A stretch of 64,000 bases of DNA from Patescibacteria group bacterium (GTDB lineage: Bacteria; Patescibacteriota; Microgenomatia; PFEM01; JAHIFH01), in assembly GCA_035529375.1 (NCBI GenBank), contig DATKWU010000009.1, positions 157,848 to 221,847 of the forward strand. Reading direction: 5' to 3'. Both the position numbers and the translations under genes were made by a program. Positions 60,668 through 64,000 of the stretch are shown here, piece by piece. The first letter of the stretch is position 1; each line of letters starts with the position of its first letter. The notes under the pieces were generated by a model. It ran no database searches, had not been told where the DNA came from, and saw only the letters and a program-made list of their open reading frames with translations.

Positions 60668-62997
60668 TGAATTTCTGTGATTATTTCAATTCGTTTGGCG
60701 ATTCTGGGAAAAGTACCCAGTCGGCCAGGTAATTTAGGCGTAATTTCGACTTCAAATCCGGCTACTTTAGAAAGATTGTTCAAATAAGATTCACCTATTA
60801 GCAAATACTTACCAGCTAGATTTTCCCTTATTTGTTCTAAATCTTGCTGGGGAATTAGCCTGGCCTTAAGGTGAGCTTCTACGATTGCCTTGCCTTCTTC
60901 ATCGATTTCGCCTAAATCAAAAGAAAATTCGGTTTCTTCAGGCAAATATTCAAAACCCTCGGTAACGGATTCTAAAACACTATCTTCGACTAATTCCTGA
61001 AGTTCTTTCTCAGTGTAAATAAGGGCTTTTGCTTGAACTTTTAAGGATAATTCCAAATTGTCAATTTCCTCACCTACATCATGACTGTAATCACTGCTAA
61101 CTACCTTGGTAGAAATTGATTCTTCGACTAATTTATCTTCTGGTGAAAGCTGAGAAATTAATTTTTCCCTCGCCTCTTTTTCTAACTTGGCTTCCAAATC
61201 AGCTAGGAGAACTTCCTGGTCTTCTTTGGAAACAGCCTGAATTTGACGACTCATACCGCCACTAAAAGCTGATTCATTTTTGGCGACATAATCCGATTTA
61301 GCATAATTAGCGATTGTGAATTCCGTTCCTGAGGCTAAATTAGCCTCAGTTCCAATCTCTACCGCCGTCACCTTAACCACGGCTTTACCTGGTGGATCAG
61401 CGGCACTACTCTGAGAAGCAACAGTGACATCATCATCTAAAGTAAACTCTAAATCGGCCGTACTACTAATGACTGTGTTGGCATCGAATTTCTTCTCATT
61501 AGAAGTTCCATTATAAATAGTCACCTCTCCCTTGGCTGGGTCGCCAATATCTTTAGTTCCAGTCGTCGTTCGACTCTCGGTCCCTTCAACCTCCTCACCA
61601 ACTTGCTGGGCAGGCAAAATAAAATTCTCTTTGTCTGGAGAACCAATCGTTGGATCTAATTCAACCGTAAAGTCTTTTTCTAAAATTTCTGGTTCTAAAT
61701 AGAGAGTTATTTTGGCTTGGGGTAAATACCAATAGCCGGCAAAGGCACTTCCAGCCAGAATAAGGAAAAGAGCAAGAACAATAATTAGGATTGGCGAGCC
61801 CCGAAAAGAGGCAGGCATCAGCTCTTTAAAGAAAGCTAAATTAAACTTCTTCAATCCCGAAAAACCACCGAGAAAAGAAGTTATCTTAGAAAAAAAGTCT
61901 GCTCTGGCAAAAACAGGCTGTTTTGTCTTCATCTCTGGCTCTCCCATAAGAGATGGTTTTTCAACTGACTCTAATTCTTCTGGTTTTTCTAATACCTCTG
62001 GTTCCTCTAATGACTCTTCTAGTGGAGATGGTGGTGACTCCATAGCGATATCACCACCTTTAACAAAACCTAAATCCTCAGCCGGAATAAAACCTGGTTT
62101 TTCAATTCCTTCCTTAGCTTCTTCTTCAACTGCCTCTGTTTCTTTTTCCTCTTTAACTCCCTCTTCGGCTTCTGCTTCTTTCTTTTTCTCTTCTTCTCCT
62201 GGTTCCTCTTCAAGCACAAAACCAGCCGCTTTGACCACTTCTTTACCACCTGCTAAAGCAATTGCCTGAATATCAAAATCAAGAGGGAGAATCTCAACCT
62301 TAGGTAGATGAAGAAATTCAACTCCTTCTTTCTTTTTCTCCAGCCAGGGATAAGTAGTTAATTGTTGTCTCGCTTCTTCTAGATTTTCCTCGCCATTATA
62401 GATTAAAATTCGGGCAGGCAACGGTTCGTGAGTTTCAAATCGAGACAGACCTTCAATTAAATCATCAGCTAAATTATCGCTTTTATCAACTAGCTGGGGG
62501 CCAAAAATTCTGCCAATTCTCACTAAACCAATATCCACTTTCTTAAGACCAAGGTGAACCAAAACGGCTGTCGGCGGAATACCTTCAGTGGTTTTTAAAT
62601 GATGAATAATTGCCTCAATAATCACCACAAAACCAGCTGGTTTAAGATCAAGCTTCTCGGAAACTTTCTTAAGAAGTTTTAATTTATCTTCAACAATCTT
62701 TTCCCCATCAACCCAACTAAAAGGCAAACCAAAAACAACCTTATCTGGTTCCTGAACTTCTCCTTCTACTGGTAATTTCTCAGCTGCCGAAGATAAACTA
62801 GCGTCAATAGCCTCAATCAATTCCTCTTCAGCCTGCCACCTCTCGGTATTACCCAGAGAAAGAACTTTAATCTGATTATCGACAATCGAGAAGACGGCAC
62901 TTTTGACAAATTCTAAGCCGATCTCTAAAGCAAAATAATATTCAGAAGGTTGGCCTTCTTTTTGACGAATCTTACTTAAAATAGTTTTAACTTCCAT
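60664..62997 (-). CDS. large bitopic membrane protein: possible FtsA/PilM-like N-domain, acidic linker, TM, baseplate-J-like C-domain
   Basis: FALEIG..VKSA N-terminus, Glu-rich linker, single TM, A.GEVTIYN / F.GG motifs. Confidence 0.5.
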   Translation of the reverse strand: MEVKTILSKIRQKEGQPSEYYFALEIGLEFVKSAVFSIVDNQIKVLSLGNTERWQAEEELIEAIDASLSSAAEKLPVEGEVQEPDKVVFGLPFSWVDGEKIVEDKLKLLKKVSEKLDLKPAGFVVIIEAIIHHLKTTEGIPPTAVLVHLGLKKVDIGLVRIGRIFGPQLVDKSDNLADDLIEGLSRFETHEPLPARILIYNGEENLEEARQQLTTYPWLEKKKEGVEFLHLPKVEILPLDFDIQAIALAGGKEVVKAAGFVLEEEPGEEEKKKEAEAEEGVKEEKETEAVEEEAKEGIEKPGFIPAEDLGFVKGGDIAMESPPSPLEESLEEPEVLEKPEELESVEKPSLMGEPEMKTKQPVFARADFFSKITSFLGGFSGLKKFNLAFFKELMPASFRGSPILIIVLALFLILAGSAFAGYWYLPQAKITLYLEPEILEKDFTVELDPTIGSPDKENFILPAQQVGEEVEGTESRTTTGTKDIGDPAKGEVTIYNGTSNEKKFDANTVISSTADLEFTLDDDVTVASQSSAADPPGKAVVKVTAVEIGTEANLASGTEFTIANYAKSDYVAKNESAFSGGMSRQIQAVSKEDQEVLLADLEAKLEKEAREKLISQLSPEDKLVEESISTKVVSSDYSHDVGEEIDNLELSLKVQAKALIYTEKELQELVEDSVLESVTEGFEYLPEETEFSFDLGEIDEEGKAIVEAHLKARLIPQQDLEQIRENLAGKYLLIGESYLNNLSKVAGFEVEITPKLPGRLGTFPRIAKRIEIITEIQ

Positions 62998-64000
62998 GGG
63001 CAAGTTGAATGTATATTCGGCGCCGACCGGCACCAACTGCTTTCTCCTTTATTATCTTAACACGACCAATCTCTCTCGTCGACTTGACATGAGGACCACC
63101 GCAAACCTCTTGGGAATAATTTCCAATCGAATAAACTTTAACTTGATCGCCATACTTCTCACCAAAAAAAGCTAAAGCCTCTTTTTTCTTGGCTTCTTCT
63201 AAAGAGATTGTCTCTGCCTTAACTGGTAAATTAGCTTTAATTTTGGCATTAATAATTGCTTCAACTTTCTTTATTTGTTCATCAGTTAGTTTTTCTGGAT
63301 GACTAAAATCAAAACGCAATCTTTCCGGAGTAATATTACTGCCTACTTGCTGAACATGTTTACCAAGAACATCTCGAAGGGCCTGATGAAGTAAGTGAGT
63401 AACGGTGTGGTATTTGGTAACAGTTTCTGAATGATCAACTAACCCACCAGCAAATTTCTTTTCTGCGCTTATTTTTGAAACTTCTTGATGCTTTTTTTGA
63501 AGTTCTTGAAAAGACGCATTAGATTTATTTTCGTCGAAAGGACGAATATATTTTTTAAGTATATTTGTAGTACCTTCAATTGGCCTGCCAAATACACTCT
63601 TTTGAGTAAAAACTATAGTACCAGCTACTCCTGAAGGTGAAGAAACATAAGGCAAAAAAGAATCATAATCTTTTTTATTCTTAATCAATCCCTTTAATTT
63701 AGGCAAAACCTCTGCCTTAAAAACCTCTGCCGGTTTATCCCCTTTTTTCAATCTTTTAGCTGGATTTTCTATTTTTTTTCTTTCTGAAGGTTTTTCTAAG
63801 TCTTTATCTTTTTCAATAAGCTTTTCTACTTTTTCTTTATACTCTTTTTCAATTTTTTTCTTTTTATCTTTAAGATATTCATACTCCTCTTGATAATTAT
63901 TTATTACTGTTTTTACTATTTCGACTGTGAATTCGTCCTCAATACCTAATTTTTTTCCTTCGAACCTCGCATCCTTAATCAAGAGATGGATAATATTGCC
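62987..64000 (-). CDS. alaS: alanine--tRNA ligase, C-terminal part (runs off window)
   Basis: Editing domain HT.THLLH, RLRFDF, E.CGGPHV; frame open to window edge. Confidence 0.85.
   Translation of the reverse strand, partial: GNIIHLLIKDARFEGKKLGIEDEFTVEIVKTVINNYQEEYEYLKDKKKKIEKEYKEKVEKLIEKDKDLEKPSERKKIENPAKRLKKGDKPAEVFKAEVLPKLKGLIKNKKDYDSFLPYVSSPSGVAGTIVFTQKSVFGRPIEGTTNILKKYIRPFDENKSNASFQELQKKHQEVSKISAEKKFAGGLVDHSETVTKYHTVTHLLHQALRDVLGKHVQQVGSNITPERLRFDFSHPEKLTDEQIKKVEAIINAKIKANLPVKAETISLEEAKKKEALAFFGEKYGDQVKVYSIGNYSQEVCGGPHVKSTREIGRVKIIKEKAVGAGRRRIYIQLAHGS

Noticed and set aside
60664-62997. Prophage or contractile-tail locus suggested by the baseplate-J-like domain
   Set aside because: No other phage structural genes; the gene is embedded in a housekeeping operon.
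1-64000. Alternative genetic code (TGA=Gly, as in Gracilibacteria/SR1)
   Set aside because: Conserved genes translate full-length with code 11, and several end at TGA.

Overview
AT-rich bacterial core-genome window, almost all on the minus strand. It most resembles a Patescibacteria (CPR) genome, probably Microgenomates. Supporting signs: no rpmD/L30 between rpsE and rplO, an N-terminally shortened L2, a compact RNase P RNA, a short AlaRS and (A)AAGG(A/G)GGTGA ribosome-binding sites. Contents: the 3' end of alaS, a sortase/ruvX/mltG cluster, rpoBC, the str, S10, spc and alpha ribosomal clusters, recA-recX-rny-hup, tRNA-Pro(GGG), an ABC exporter, miaA/miaB, rnpB and uppP. The most unusual element is a ~10.4 kb accessory array (about 34970-45340) between rpsJ and rplC. 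It is built from 1-2 gene modules separated by about 11 degenerate, same-orientation sites, consensus NNG CTC CCC N6 GAC N4 TTCGAAC. The terminal site is an exact-length tRNA 3'-end mimic. Several sites continue into mutually homologous antisense 'tail' reading frames. No recombinase is encoded in the window. The arrangement suggests an integron-like cassette-accretion system. Several structured leader RNAs and widespread putative leaderless promoters are also visible. All calls are by eye; no searches or folding programs were run.
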